DNA of 17,998 nucleotides from Octopus sinensis (GCF_006345805.1 NW_021825019.1:1-17998); one strand, 5' to 3'; counted from the stretch's first letter, positions 1-9,390 are shown. Program-made: numbers and translations. Notes: a model not told the origin generated them from the letters alone.

Positions 1-146
1 TTGAACTGAAGCACATAAATGAATAAAAGAACTTATATCTATTTGTAGGTATGCATATCACATGTGTGCGGGTGTGTATGTATTCCTTTTGGTTTTGTGG
101 GTTTTCTTTGTTTTGTTATGTTTTTTTTGTTAAGTTTACTCTGTAG

Positions 147-250
147 GAAGGATCAAGCGCCTCATCGCAGAGAGTCGGGAGAGCTGTGGAATTGATGGAG
201 TTTACGTTCCGCTTAATCTGATGGAAGTCAATAACTTCAGAAAGCCAGAA
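147..250 (+). other. Candidate internal coding exon of an unidentified plus-strand gene (xRIKRLIAESRESCGIDGVYVPLNLMEVNNFRKPE)
   Basis: Seen: long T-rich tract ending ctctgtAG at 145-146; 104 nt of complex sequence open in the frame starting at 149; then GAA|GTAAGG at 251. If unspliced, the frame ends IIFGKADWLW-stop at 287-289. Peptide not recognised; exon status is inference. Confidence 0.3.
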
Positions 251-518
251 GTAAGGATTATTTTCGGGAAGGCGGACTGGCTCTGGTAATTAACACGGGC
301 CAAGTCAATGAGAGGAGGCCAGACAGTTGAATAGCAGTGTCTGAGAGAAGCTGGTACGAATGCAGCTGGTTCTGATGAGCAGAAGCCATCATAGTAGCGG
401 TAGAATAGGCAGTGAGGGGACACAGCATACTTATGGTTCAGATGTTGGTGTATGTAACTGGATATTACAAAGTGTGTGTGTATATATATGTGTGTATATG
501 CGTGTGCGTATGTATGTG
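236..518 (+). repeat. Dispersed direct repeat, copy A (about 280 bp; partner 2564-2848)
   Basis: Seen: manual alignment with 2564-2848 gives about 16 substitutions and one 4-nt indel (roughly 93% identity). Confidence 0.9.
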
Positions 519-689
519 TGTGTGAGAGATGAATCTCTGAGTATACATATGTGTATGGGTGTAGCCAGATGCGCCATGAAGCGTGGGAAAAGCTAAGGCT
601 ACAGTATATATGTGTGTATATGTGCATATCGGAGAATGTATGTTTGTCAATATGCCTTTGTTTATGTGTGAGTGTGCGTGTGTGAATTT

Positions 690-884
690 AATACACACAC
701 AAATATATATAAATATATATATACATATATATATACATATACAAATGTATGTATACATGTAAGAATCATATATATATGTATATATATATATGTGCATATA
801 TACATATATATATACACACACACACACACTATTATATATATATATACATATATATACACACACACATATACATAGACATATATA

Positions 885-941
<57 letters not shown>

Positions 942-1040
942 TGTGTGTATATATATGTATTATATAATATATAATATATATATATATTATATATATATTA
1001 TATATATATATATACTATATATATTATAATATATATATAA
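690..1040. repeat. (TA)n/(TACA)n compound microsatellite
   Basis: Directly visible. Confidence 0.95.
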
Positions 1041-1984
1041 TTACAAGTGTATGTATGTAGGTGGGGTGTAGCAGCCAAAGCGAATGACATTAACCGCGCT
1101 ACATATGAATTCTCGGGCAAATGTACTTTAACTTAACCTAGGGATGATCTACCCCTTTTGAATAAAATTTTGTCAACAGAAATTGTATGTAAGCGTGTCG
1201 GGTGGAATGCACCCGGAACTTTAAAAATCCAGTCTCTTCACATATTGAATCATGCCGAGTCTATTTGAGAACTACGTCAGCCGGTCTCTTTGGAATACTC
1301 AACCATTTACAATTTAACATTTATGTAGTCATTGATCCATCAGCTGTGTAGTCATCGTCGAAACTGACTGGTGACCATTGACTTCCTTATGCTTGTGTAT
1401 CTATTTGTGTGTGTATATATGTGTGTGTGTATGTGTGTGTGTGATGTGAAACTGTAGCCGTTCATGCGTGTTTGTGTAGGCATAATTTCACACAATATTT
1501 TTACGTGGATAAATGCAAGTCAACCCATGCGTGACTTGTGACTTATCCGTAATTCATGTCCATATTTATATACATGTTTGTGCATATGTATGTATGTAAG
1601 TATGCATGTATATATGTGTGTATATACGTATGTATGCATGTATGTATCTATCTCTCCATCAATCTATCTACATATGTGTGTATGTATCTCTTATTATAAT
1701 ATATATATAAATGTGTGTGTGCGTGTGTGTGTGTGTGTGTGTGTATACGTATGTGTCCAGCTAAATGTATCGACATATGTATGTACGTGCGTATGGATGG
1801 ATGAAGATAGTTATACCAATAATATACGAGTGAATAAATATATACATATGCATGTGCGTGTGTGTGTATAAACACACCCAAATAGGTGTGAATATATATA
1901 TACACACATTCATTCGATCACATACAGTTATATATACTGTTTTATCAACGTCTGTAGACCAGCTATATATTTGTGTGTATAAGT

Positions 1985-2476
1985 ATGTATGTATTTGTAT
2001 GCCTGTATGTAAGTTTGTTATGTATGTATGCATGCATGTATATATGTATGCATGCAGGCATGTATGTATGCATGCAGCAGTATGTATGTATGTATGTATG
2101 TATGTATGTATGCATGCATGTATGTATGTATGTATGTATGTATGTATGTATGTATGTATGTATGTATGCATGCAGGCATGTATGTATGTATGTATGTATG
2201 TATGTATGCATGCATGTATGTATGTAGTATGTATGTATGTATGTATGTTATGTATGTATGCATGCATGTATGTATGTATGTATGTATGTATGTATGTATG
2301 TATGCATGTATGTATGCATGCAGGCATGTATGTATGTATGTATGTTGTATGTATGTATGTATGTATGCATGCAGTATGTAGTATGTATGTATGTAGTATG
2401 TATTATGTATGTATGTATGCATGCATGTATGTATGTATGTATGTATGTATGTATGTATGTATGTATGTATGTATGC
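1985..2476. repeat. (TATG)n tetranucleotide array with CATG variant units
   Basis: Directly visible; the variant block tgcatgcaggcatg recurs near 2049, 2167 and 2314. Confidence 0.95.
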
Positions 2477-2563
2477 TTGTGTGTATTGAACGCACCACCA
2501 CAAACTCAACGGACATCAATTTCATATTCTCATCGACATTCACAGCTGAGAAGTTTCCAATAT

Positions 2564-2848
2564 TTCAGTAAGCCCGAAGCAAGAATTATTTTCGGGAAGG
2601 CGGACTGGCTCTGGTAATTAACACGGGCCAAGTCAATGAGATGAGGCCAGACGGTTGAATAGCAGTGTCTGAGAGAAGCTGGTACGAATGCAGCTAGTTA
2701 GTTCTGAAGAACAGAAGCCATCATAGTAGCGGTAGAGTGGGCAGTGAGGGGACACAGCATATTTATGGTTCAGATTTTGGTGTATGTAATTGGATATTAC
2801 AAAGTGTGTGTTTATATATGTGTGTGTATATGCGTGTGTGTATGTGTG
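2564..2848 (+). repeat. Dispersed direct repeat, copy B (partner 236-518)
   Basis: Seen: same sequence as 236-518; gtaagg of copy A reads gcaaga here. Confidence 0.9.
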
Positions 2849-3449
2849 CACGCGCGCATCATTTGCTCATGGTAACTATTTTAAAGGTGCGGGATTTTCA
2901 TAACAAATATCACGTGCTCATAGTTTCTGTTTCACAGCTATTTTGTTTTGACTCTTGAAGAGACAGGTGGTTTTTCCGAATGTGGCCATGCTCTCTAGAA
3001 ACGTTGAAGCAGAAACCTGTTGCTTCTACGCTCGGCATTTCGATGCACATCCCATAACATCCGAGGTTCGACAGCATTGTCGTGGAATCGTTTAAATAAA
3101 ATATGGGTAAATATGTGAGTGTTTGTGTACACACGCACATACATATACATGTATATACATATACATGTATATACATATACATGTATATACATATATAATA
3201 CATATATAATACATGCACAAATCCCAACACGCATACATGCATATGTGTATGCATGTGTGTATATGTGTATGTGTGTAAGTATTTGAGAGTGTATATTTGT
3301 GCATAAAAAAACTAGTTGCATCTATGGTATATATTATGTGTGTGTATGTGTATATATGTACGCACACACGCGCGCGCACAGATGTATATACAATACACAC
3401 TCACGCACACACACATACACACACATATATATATTGGTATGCGTACAAG

Positions 3450-3511
3450 AAATGGTTAATAGTGATTTTGAAGTTTCGCTTTCGAAACTTCGAAATCCCT
3501 GTCAACCGTTT
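3450..3511 (+). other. 62-nt imperfect inverted repeat / RNA hairpin
   Basis: Seen: 3450-3478 pairs with 3483-3511 without bulges (24 Watson-Crick pairs, 3 G.U, 2 mismatches), loop CTTT. Function unknown. Confidence 0.8.
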
Positions 3512-3817
3512 ACTTTTCAAAGATTTAACAAGCATGAACTCCGCTAAGAAGTATGAAGTAATCCTCCCGTTTCATTTCAAATTGGTTTTTATTTATAATT
3601 TGACATAAAAAACAAACATTAATATGTAAGTGTTCGTGTATGCGAATATATGCATGCAAGTATGTATGTTTGTACGTTTGTATGTACGTATGTAGGTATA
3701 TGTATGTTTGTTTGTATGTATGTATGTACGTAGGTATTGTAGCACGAAACAATAGGCTGTAGAGTTACAGATAATAATATATTCTCGTATATTCTACATT
3801 CTGTATTTCATTTGTTT

Positions 3818-3837
3818 TATATATATATATATATATA

Positions 3838-3903
<66 letters not shown>

Positions 3904-4024
3904 TATATTATGTAAGTATTATGTATGTATGTATGTATATGTCAATGCATGTATATATATATTTATATATATATATATATACATATGTATATATATATAT
4001 GTGTATGTATAACATATATATATG

Positions 4025-4058
<34 letters not shown>

Positions 4059-4073
4059 TATACATACATACAC
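3818..4073. repeat. (TA)n/(TATG)n microsatellite
   Basis: Directly visible. Confidence 0.95.
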
Positions 4074-4184
4074 ATAGTTAAAAGATAGTTGGACGAACAA
4101 AAGTGTTCAGTTATGCGATATAGTTGTATTATATAATGGCGTCCATCTGTAACATGTTAACAATTACTTGACTATACATCTTTA

Positions 4185-4299
4185 TATATTCTCTCTCTTT
4201 CTTTCTCTATCTCTCTCTCTCTCACGCACACAACCACACGAATGCATGAATATATAGATATGATATAAATGTACGTGTGTGTGTGTGCGTAGATATGTA

Positions 4300-4356
<57 letters not shown>

Positions 4357-4520
4357 CATGTATGTATATATACATGTGCATATGTGTATACCTATATATG
4401 TATACATACATATTATATAACATGTGTGTGTGTGTGTGTGTATGTATTTACACATATATATGCATATATATACATATATTCTTTACTACCCACAAGGGGC
4501 TAATATAGACATATATACAC

Positions 4521-4574
<54 letters not shown>

Positions 4575-4600
4575 GTATGTAGGTATATGTATATACACAT
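4185..4600. repeat. Compound (CT)n, (TG)n, (TA)n, (TATG)n microsatellite field
   Basis: Directly visible. Confidence 0.9.
4477..4503 (-). mobile_element. Isolated 3' tail fragment of SINE family B
   Basis: Seen: ttctttactacccacaaggggctaa matches the reverse complement of the family B unit end (ttagccccttgtgggtagtaaagaa near 11200-11225). Confidence 0.6.
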
Positions 4601-4744
4601 ATGCTTGGAACTTAAAGTATATAGATTCATATATAGCAAGGATAGAGGAGAAGGTTTTGCGAATGTATAGTTTGTTGGTATGAACTTGTTTTAGGAAACA
4701 ATTTTTGAGCATTGCTATTTTCTTTTCCACAGAATTAAAGCAAG

Positions 4745-4860
4745 TATATATATATATACATAGATACATGCATACATACATACATACACACACATACATA
4801 CATACATACATACATACATACATACATACATACATACATACATACATACATACATACATA
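4745..4860. repeat. (TA)n + (CATA)n microsatellite
   Basis: Directly visible. Confidence 0.95.
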
Positions 4861-4972
4861 AGTACAAACACGCATATCTACAAACACCTGTGCGTCTGTG
4901 TGTATTTATGTATGTATCTCATGTGACTGTGTATTTATGTATACAAAGAGTGAGAAAGTTGGACGAGAAAGT

Positions 4973-5045
4973 TAGATAGATAGATAGATAGATAGATAGA
5001 TATACCAACAGACAGATAAGTAGACAGACAGATAGATAAGTAGAC

Positions 5046-5140
<95 letters not shown>

Positions 5141-5165
5141 CAGATAGATAGACAGGTAGGTAGGT
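4973..5165. repeat. (GATA)n/(GACA)n/(GA)n microsatellite
   Basis: Directly visible. Confidence 0.95.
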
Positions 5166-5377
5166 AAACATATAGACCGACAAATAGTGTAATCTTTACC
5201 TCCACGTACATATATATACATATATATTTATATACATATATATATACACATATATATATATTGTGTATGTATAGACATATTGCGTATATAATATTATATA
5301 ATATATTCTGTATGTCTGCGAGTTTGGATACAATACCATTTGATTGTAAAATCCACATATTTCATCCATATTGTCTA

Positions 5378-5535
5378 CTTTTTCTTTCATTTTTGTTTAC
5401 TTTTTTTGCTTTCTTTTTTCTTTTCTTTTGCTTAGCTTGTTCGTTTTTTGTTTTTTTATTTCTTTTTTAAAATATGTCTCGGATTTTTGTTTTTCGTATT
5501 TTCTTTGTTTTGCGTGAATTTTTTTTTTTTTTTTG
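5378..5535. repeat. T-rich low-complexity tract containing AATAAA on the minus strand (5460-5455), a possible polyA signal of the bHLH gene
   Basis: Tract is seen; the polyA role is weak inference because AATAAA arises easily in such sequence. Confidence 0.5.
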
Positions 5536-5679
5536 TAAAGGGTCGGGGTGAATGATGTTATTTTGTGGTTTGCGAACGTGCAGTGTCTGGCTCAGCCTTT
5601 AACTGCGAAGACTGGAAGCGTTATGGGAATCTTGTTGCAATGGCAGAAAGATATTTGGAAAAAACATATATCAACAACG

Positions 5680-5729
5680 AAATAATAATAATAATAATAA
5701 TATCAATAACAATAATAATAATAATAATG

Positions 5730-5790
<61 letters not shown>

Positions 5791-5845
5791 TAATAATAAT
5801 GATAATAATAATAATGATGATGATGATGATGATGATGATAATAAA
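5680..5845. repeat. (TAA)n grading into (TGA)n trinucleotide array, about 100 nt downstream of the bHLH stop codon
   Basis: Directly visible. Confidence 0.95.
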
Positions 5846-5945
5846 GGGGCAATTGTATTGTGTTGGGGCCTTGTAAATGTTTTGGTGCAAAAGAAAGATC
5901 CGTTTTGGTAAAGGTGAGCGATGAGAAGCAAAGTTGCGACTCTTT

Positions 5946-7394
5946 TTAAGTCATCTTCTCATCGTCGTCGTCGTCGTCGTCAGCCCCTCCGACGCCGCCG
6001 CCGCCGCCGACAACAACAACACCATCGTCAACGTCGTCCACTTCGTCGTTATCGTCATCTTCATCTTCGTCGTCGTCGTCTTCGTCGTCATCCATATCAC
6101 ATCGCGCCGACGTCGGCGACGACGACGTCGACGACGATAAAATGGTGAGGTTTCTGTGCTTCTGCAGCTCGACGCTGCACGGGTCTTTGCCGCTGGTTAT
6201 TTCTCGCATAAATCCGATATAAGTCATGGCCAGCCGCAGCGTTTCGATCCGTGACAGTCGCTTCTCGTAATTGAACGCCGGCAGACGTTTCCGCAGCTCG
6301 TCAAATGCTTCGTTCAGATGGAACATTCTACGCCGTTCCCTTACATTGGCCGCCTTGCGTTGAGCTTGAGTTTGTACCCGTCTTCGCTTTGGTTTGTGAT
6401 GATGGCTATGATGATGGCTATTATTGTGATGACTATAATTGTGATTACTATTATGACTATTATTATTATTATTACTATTAAGATTATTACTATTGCAATG
6501 TCCTGCCGTATTTAGCGATCGGCCCCCATCATGATGGTAATTGTGATGTGGTTGATGGTGGCGGTTATTGCTGCTTTTGTTGTTGTTGTTGTTGTGATTG
6601 TTGTGGTTACTATTATTATTATTGTTATTATTATTATTGCTATTATTACTTCTGAGGTGGTGTTGGTGATGCTGGGGATAGCCAGACACGGCTGTAATTG
6701 TTCTGTTCATGTCGATGATATTAGAGGCGTTTATGATGTTGTTGTTTTGGTTGTGGATGAGATTGGCGTTGCTAATTCCCGGGTTTAAAATCTGGTTCTG
6801 CCAACTCGAATTGTCCGCGTTTACTAACACAACTGGACTGGACCTTTGTGAATAGTTCGTTGCTGTTTGCGCCATCTGTGATGTTAAACTCCCGCAGTTG
6901 ACGTTTATAGAAGAAGACTTCGTTGTCGGTGCTCCCAAAATCGCTAAACGGTAATCCTGTTGTTGGACAATCGAACTTAATTCCTCATTGGGGTTGACGA
7001 CCACGCTGGCCAGAACTTCGGAACGCTGCGATGCGGGTAACGCCAACGATGACAGCGACGTTGAGGTGGACGTTAACAATGATGGCGTCGATGACGATAA
7101 CGCCGCCGAAGTTACCGACGTCGACGACGCCGAAGACAGCGCGTTTGCCCTCTCCTGGTCGCTGCTGGCTGACAACACGTTGCCGCCATCTTCGCTGTTT
7201 ACGCTGACGACGTTGACGTTAGCCGTTGGGGCGAAATTCAAGCAGTTGTACACGTCACTATAAGCTTCCGATACGACAGTCCCGTAAGGCTGACATGCAG
7301 ACACAAGCGCCAGTGAAGGAGTTAAATCATGGTGTGGTTCGAAATAGCTCCGTGCGGCCTCCGACGTATGTACTTCCATTGCCAAAGCCTGCAT
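5946..7394 (-). CDS. Fer3: Single-exon bHLH transcription factor, Fer3/FERD3L (NATO3)-like, 482 aa (alternative ATG at 7379)
   Basis: Seen: uninterrupted 1449-nt ORF containing [63 protein letters not shown]. Knowledge: KRRRV, MFxLNEAFDxLR and [14 protein letters not shown] are Fer3/FERD3L signatures (PTF1A has MQSINxAF, SKVDTL and C-terminal RBPJ-binding motifs, absent here). Gene existence is more certain than the exact ortholog. Confidence 0.88.
   Translation of the reverse strand: MQALAMEVHTSEAARSYFEPHHDLTPSLALVSACQPYGTVVSEAYSDVYNCLNFAPTANVNVVSVNSEDGGNVLSASSDQERANALSSASSTSVTSAALSSSTPSLLTSTSTSLSSLALPASQRSEVLASVVVNPNEELSSIVQQQDYRLAILGAPTTKSSSINVNCGSLTSQMAQTATNYSQRSSPVVLVNADNSSWQNQILNPGISNANLIHNQNNNIINASNIIDMNRTITAVSGYPQHHQHHLRSNNSNNNNNNNNNSNHNNHNNNNNKSSNNRHHQPHHNYHHDGGRSLNTAGHCNSNNLNSNNNNNSHNSNHNYSHHNNSHHHSHHHKPKRRRVQTQAQRKAANVRERRRMFHLNEAFDELRKRLPAFNYEKRLSRIETLRLAMTYIGFMREITSGKDPCSVELQKHRNLTILSSSTSSSPTSARCDMDDDEDDDDEDEDDDNDEVDDVDDGVVVVGGGGGVGGADDDDDDDEKMT
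6198..6395 (-). other. bHLH domain with upstream basic KPKRRR (NLS-like) segment
   Basis: Seen in translation: basic region RxxANxRERxR, helix 1 LNEAF, loop, helix 2 TLRLAxxYI. Confidence 0.95.
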
Positions 7395-7526
7395 GAACCA
7401 TACAGACCCTTGGTTTGCAAACGATCGCTTCTCTCTTAAGTTTGGGTTCTGTACGAGCTTGCGTGTGTCGATGTTTATCAGTGTGTGTGTGTGTGTAGGT
7501 GTGTTGCGAGTGGCGGTGAGAGAAGG

Positions 7527-7536
7527 CTTATATATA
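7527..7536 (-). promoter_or_regulatory. Possible TATA box (TATATATAAG) about 135 nt upstream of the ATG
   Basis: Motif seen; function is inference, and TA runs are common in this window. Confidence 0.2.
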
Positions 7537-7635
7537 GTAGTAGTAGTGGTGGTGGTGGTGGTGGTATTAGTAGTAGTGGTGGTGATGGTAGTAGGGGTGG
7601 TATTAATGATATTTGTTGAATATTTGTTGGTTCTT

Positions 7636-7668
<33 letters not shown>

Positions 7669-8080
7669 TGTTAAATAATAGTAGTAGTAGTAGTAGTAGT
7701 AGAGGTGGTGGTATTTATTGTTGTTGTGGTGGAGGTGATGGGTTGGTGGTGAAGGTTGTATTTTATATGAACAGTGAAGTAGATGGAGGAGGAGGGGGAG
7801 GAAGGGGCAGGAGGTAGATGAGACGGGTGGCGATAGAGAAGTGGGGGGTGATGAAAAAGAAGGTGAGTGTCTACAGGTATCCTAATTGTGGTGGTTGCAG
7901 TTGTAATAGTGATGTTTGTGGTAGCAGCGGCGGCGGCGTGAATGTTGGGGTGAGGAAGGGGAGGAGTAGAAGTATGAGGTGAAATTTTACGGTAGTATTT
8001 TTCAAAGTGTGTGTGTATGTGTGTGTGTGTGTTTTGCTTGAGAAGCTTTGATGGTGGTGGTGGTGGTGGTGGTGGTGGTG
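7537..8080. repeat. Trinucleotide repeat field: (GTA)n, (GTG)n, (CAG)9 at 7637-7663, (GGT)n at 8052-8080, and purine-rich tracts
   Basis: Directly visible. Confidence 0.85.
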
Positions 8081-8422
8081 AAGAAGAAAGGATAACAGGG
8101 TGGGCTTACATTTAGCTTGAAGTGTGCCTCAAATGGTTATGGTAGTGATGGTAGCGGAGGGGCGAGAATGGGGCGTGCCGGACCGGCGGTATGGCATAGC
8201 GCCGAAGTTTCAAAAAGTGACTCGTGGGTGGGGGGAGAGAGATTGAGACGAGGGTGTAAGGTTGTAGTTGAGGTAGTTAGGGTGATTGCGATAGCAACGA
8301 CGACGGCCATGGCGGTGGAGGTAATGTGGTGGTGGTGGTGGAGGTGGTAGTATAGGTGTTATTTACTTCGTAGGAGGGTTCGGGAGCCTTTCGTGACGCA
8401 CTTGCAGCTACAGTTATGCTTA

Positions 8423-8623
8423 TTGTTGTTGTTATCGTTGTCGTCGTTGTTGTTGGTGTTGTTTTTATTTAGCCCTAGGTCTGGCCTGATGCTAGAAACT
8501 TATGATCCGTTCGCACAGTAGCAACTGTATTCCTCTCGCCTTTAATTAAAGCTTAGTACATCTAAGTCTACAACATTTTCCAATATGTCCGTACTTCTTT
8601 TGAAATAAGGATTGACTTAAAAA
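8423..8623 (-). repeat. About 200-bp segment with AATAAA and an (AAC)n-like tail on the minus strand, copy 1 (partner 16333-16533)
   Basis: Seen: ungapped alignment at offset 7910, 9 mismatches in 201 nt. Confidence 0.9.
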
Positions 8624-8720
8624 TAAAAACCGTTCGCTGCTATTTCTAGCAGATTGAGAGACTCCTTGAGACATTCGTGGTGTCATCGAAATTGTTGCCG
8701 GTGGTTTCGTGGTTCGTTTT

Positions 8721-8763
8721 CTGATTGGTTGATCTACAGACTGGCTCTGAGTTTCATTGGTCC
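8721..8763 (-). promoter_or_regulatory. Two CCAAT boxes (AACCAATCAG and GGACCAATGA) exactly 32 bp apart
   Basis: Seen: ATTGG at 8724-8728 and 8756-8760 with flanks fitting the NF-Y consensus RRCCAATSR. Function is inference. Confidence 0.35.
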
Positions 8764-8841
8764 ATTGTCTGGCTGGTCGCCGGGTCTGGCACGCTTCTCT
8801 CCTGTTGCTTGTCATTTTACCTGCCGTGGGGCTACGATAAT

Positions 8842-8990
8842 GGTGGTGGTGGTGGTGGTGGTGGTGGTGGTGGTGGTGGTATGGTGGTGGTAGTGGCGGC
8901 GGTGGTGGTGGTGGTGTCAACACTCTACAAGGCTACTACTACCACCACCACCACAACCACCACCACTATTACTACTGTTATTACTACAAC
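8842..8990. repeat. (GGT)n tract followed by complementary (ACC)n/(ACT)n tract
   Basis: Directly visible. Confidence 0.9.
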
Positions 8991-9168
8991 TTACGAAGCT
9001 GCCTACCTGTACTCCTTCTACCTGTCAGTCGACCTACCTGCGTGCCTCACGCCAGTCTAATCTCCAGCCCTCTCCACCTACATCCCTCTACCTCGCACGC
9101 TCCATATCTGTCTACCTGTTTGTTTGTCACTAAAATACTTCGATATTTTACTCTCAGCCCCTAGACTC

Positions 9169-9175
9169 TATATAA

Positions 9176-9207
<32 letters not shown>

Positions 9208-9270
9208 ATATAATATAAATAATATATATATATGTGCATACATACATACGTATATGTACATACTTACATC

Positions 9271-9303
<33 letters not shown>
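9169..9303. repeat. (TA)n microsatellite
   Basis: Directly visible. Confidence 0.95.
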
Positions 9304-9304
<1 letters not shown>

Positions 9305-9390
9305 GTGACGTATTTTTGCCATTTCAATATGGCTAACCCCTAAGGGTGGATGCTACTGTAGTTTTTAGCCCCAGGAGGACACACATATAT

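Noticed and set aside
1177-1194. Possible 9-nt microexon (cag|AAATTGTAT|gtaagc)
   Set aside because: Poor polypyrimidine tract; such short matches arise by chance and cannot be supported without reads.
2920-3100. Strong acceptor-like tttctgtttcacag at about 2937 and a complex-sequence island
   Set aside because: Early stops in all three frames, only a weak donor, and no recognisable peptide on either strand.
465-5470. Many ORFs rich in YI, MYVC, HT, YLSI
   Set aside because: They are direct translations of di- and tetranucleotide microsatellites, with no domain content.
6198-6395. Assignment as PTF1A or Fer2
   Set aside because: The SRIETL and MFxLNEAF signatures fit Fer3/FERD3L; the PTF1A C-terminal RBPJ-binding motifs are absent. 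Phylogeny is still needed.
5565-7674. Plus-strand ORFs over and near the bHLH gene (poly-Arg, poly-Val, poly-Ile)
   Set aside because: Antisense shadows of trinucleotide-repeat codons and the TAA array.
9003-9118. Zelda (TAGteam) interpretation of CAGGTAG
   Set aside because: Zelda is an arthropod factor and the repeats suggest a mollusc; kept only as a possible ZEB-type cluster.
690-9303. Long (TA)n tracts as cruciforms, and TATG/CATA arrays as long-range inverted repeats
   Set aside because: True in principle but generic for such a microsatellite-rich genome; nothing locus-specific.
9322-9380. Short segment ending gtttttagccccaggaggac that looks like a repeat tail
   Set aside because: No second copy in the window beyond about 11 nt of similarity to 8468-8479; too short to call.
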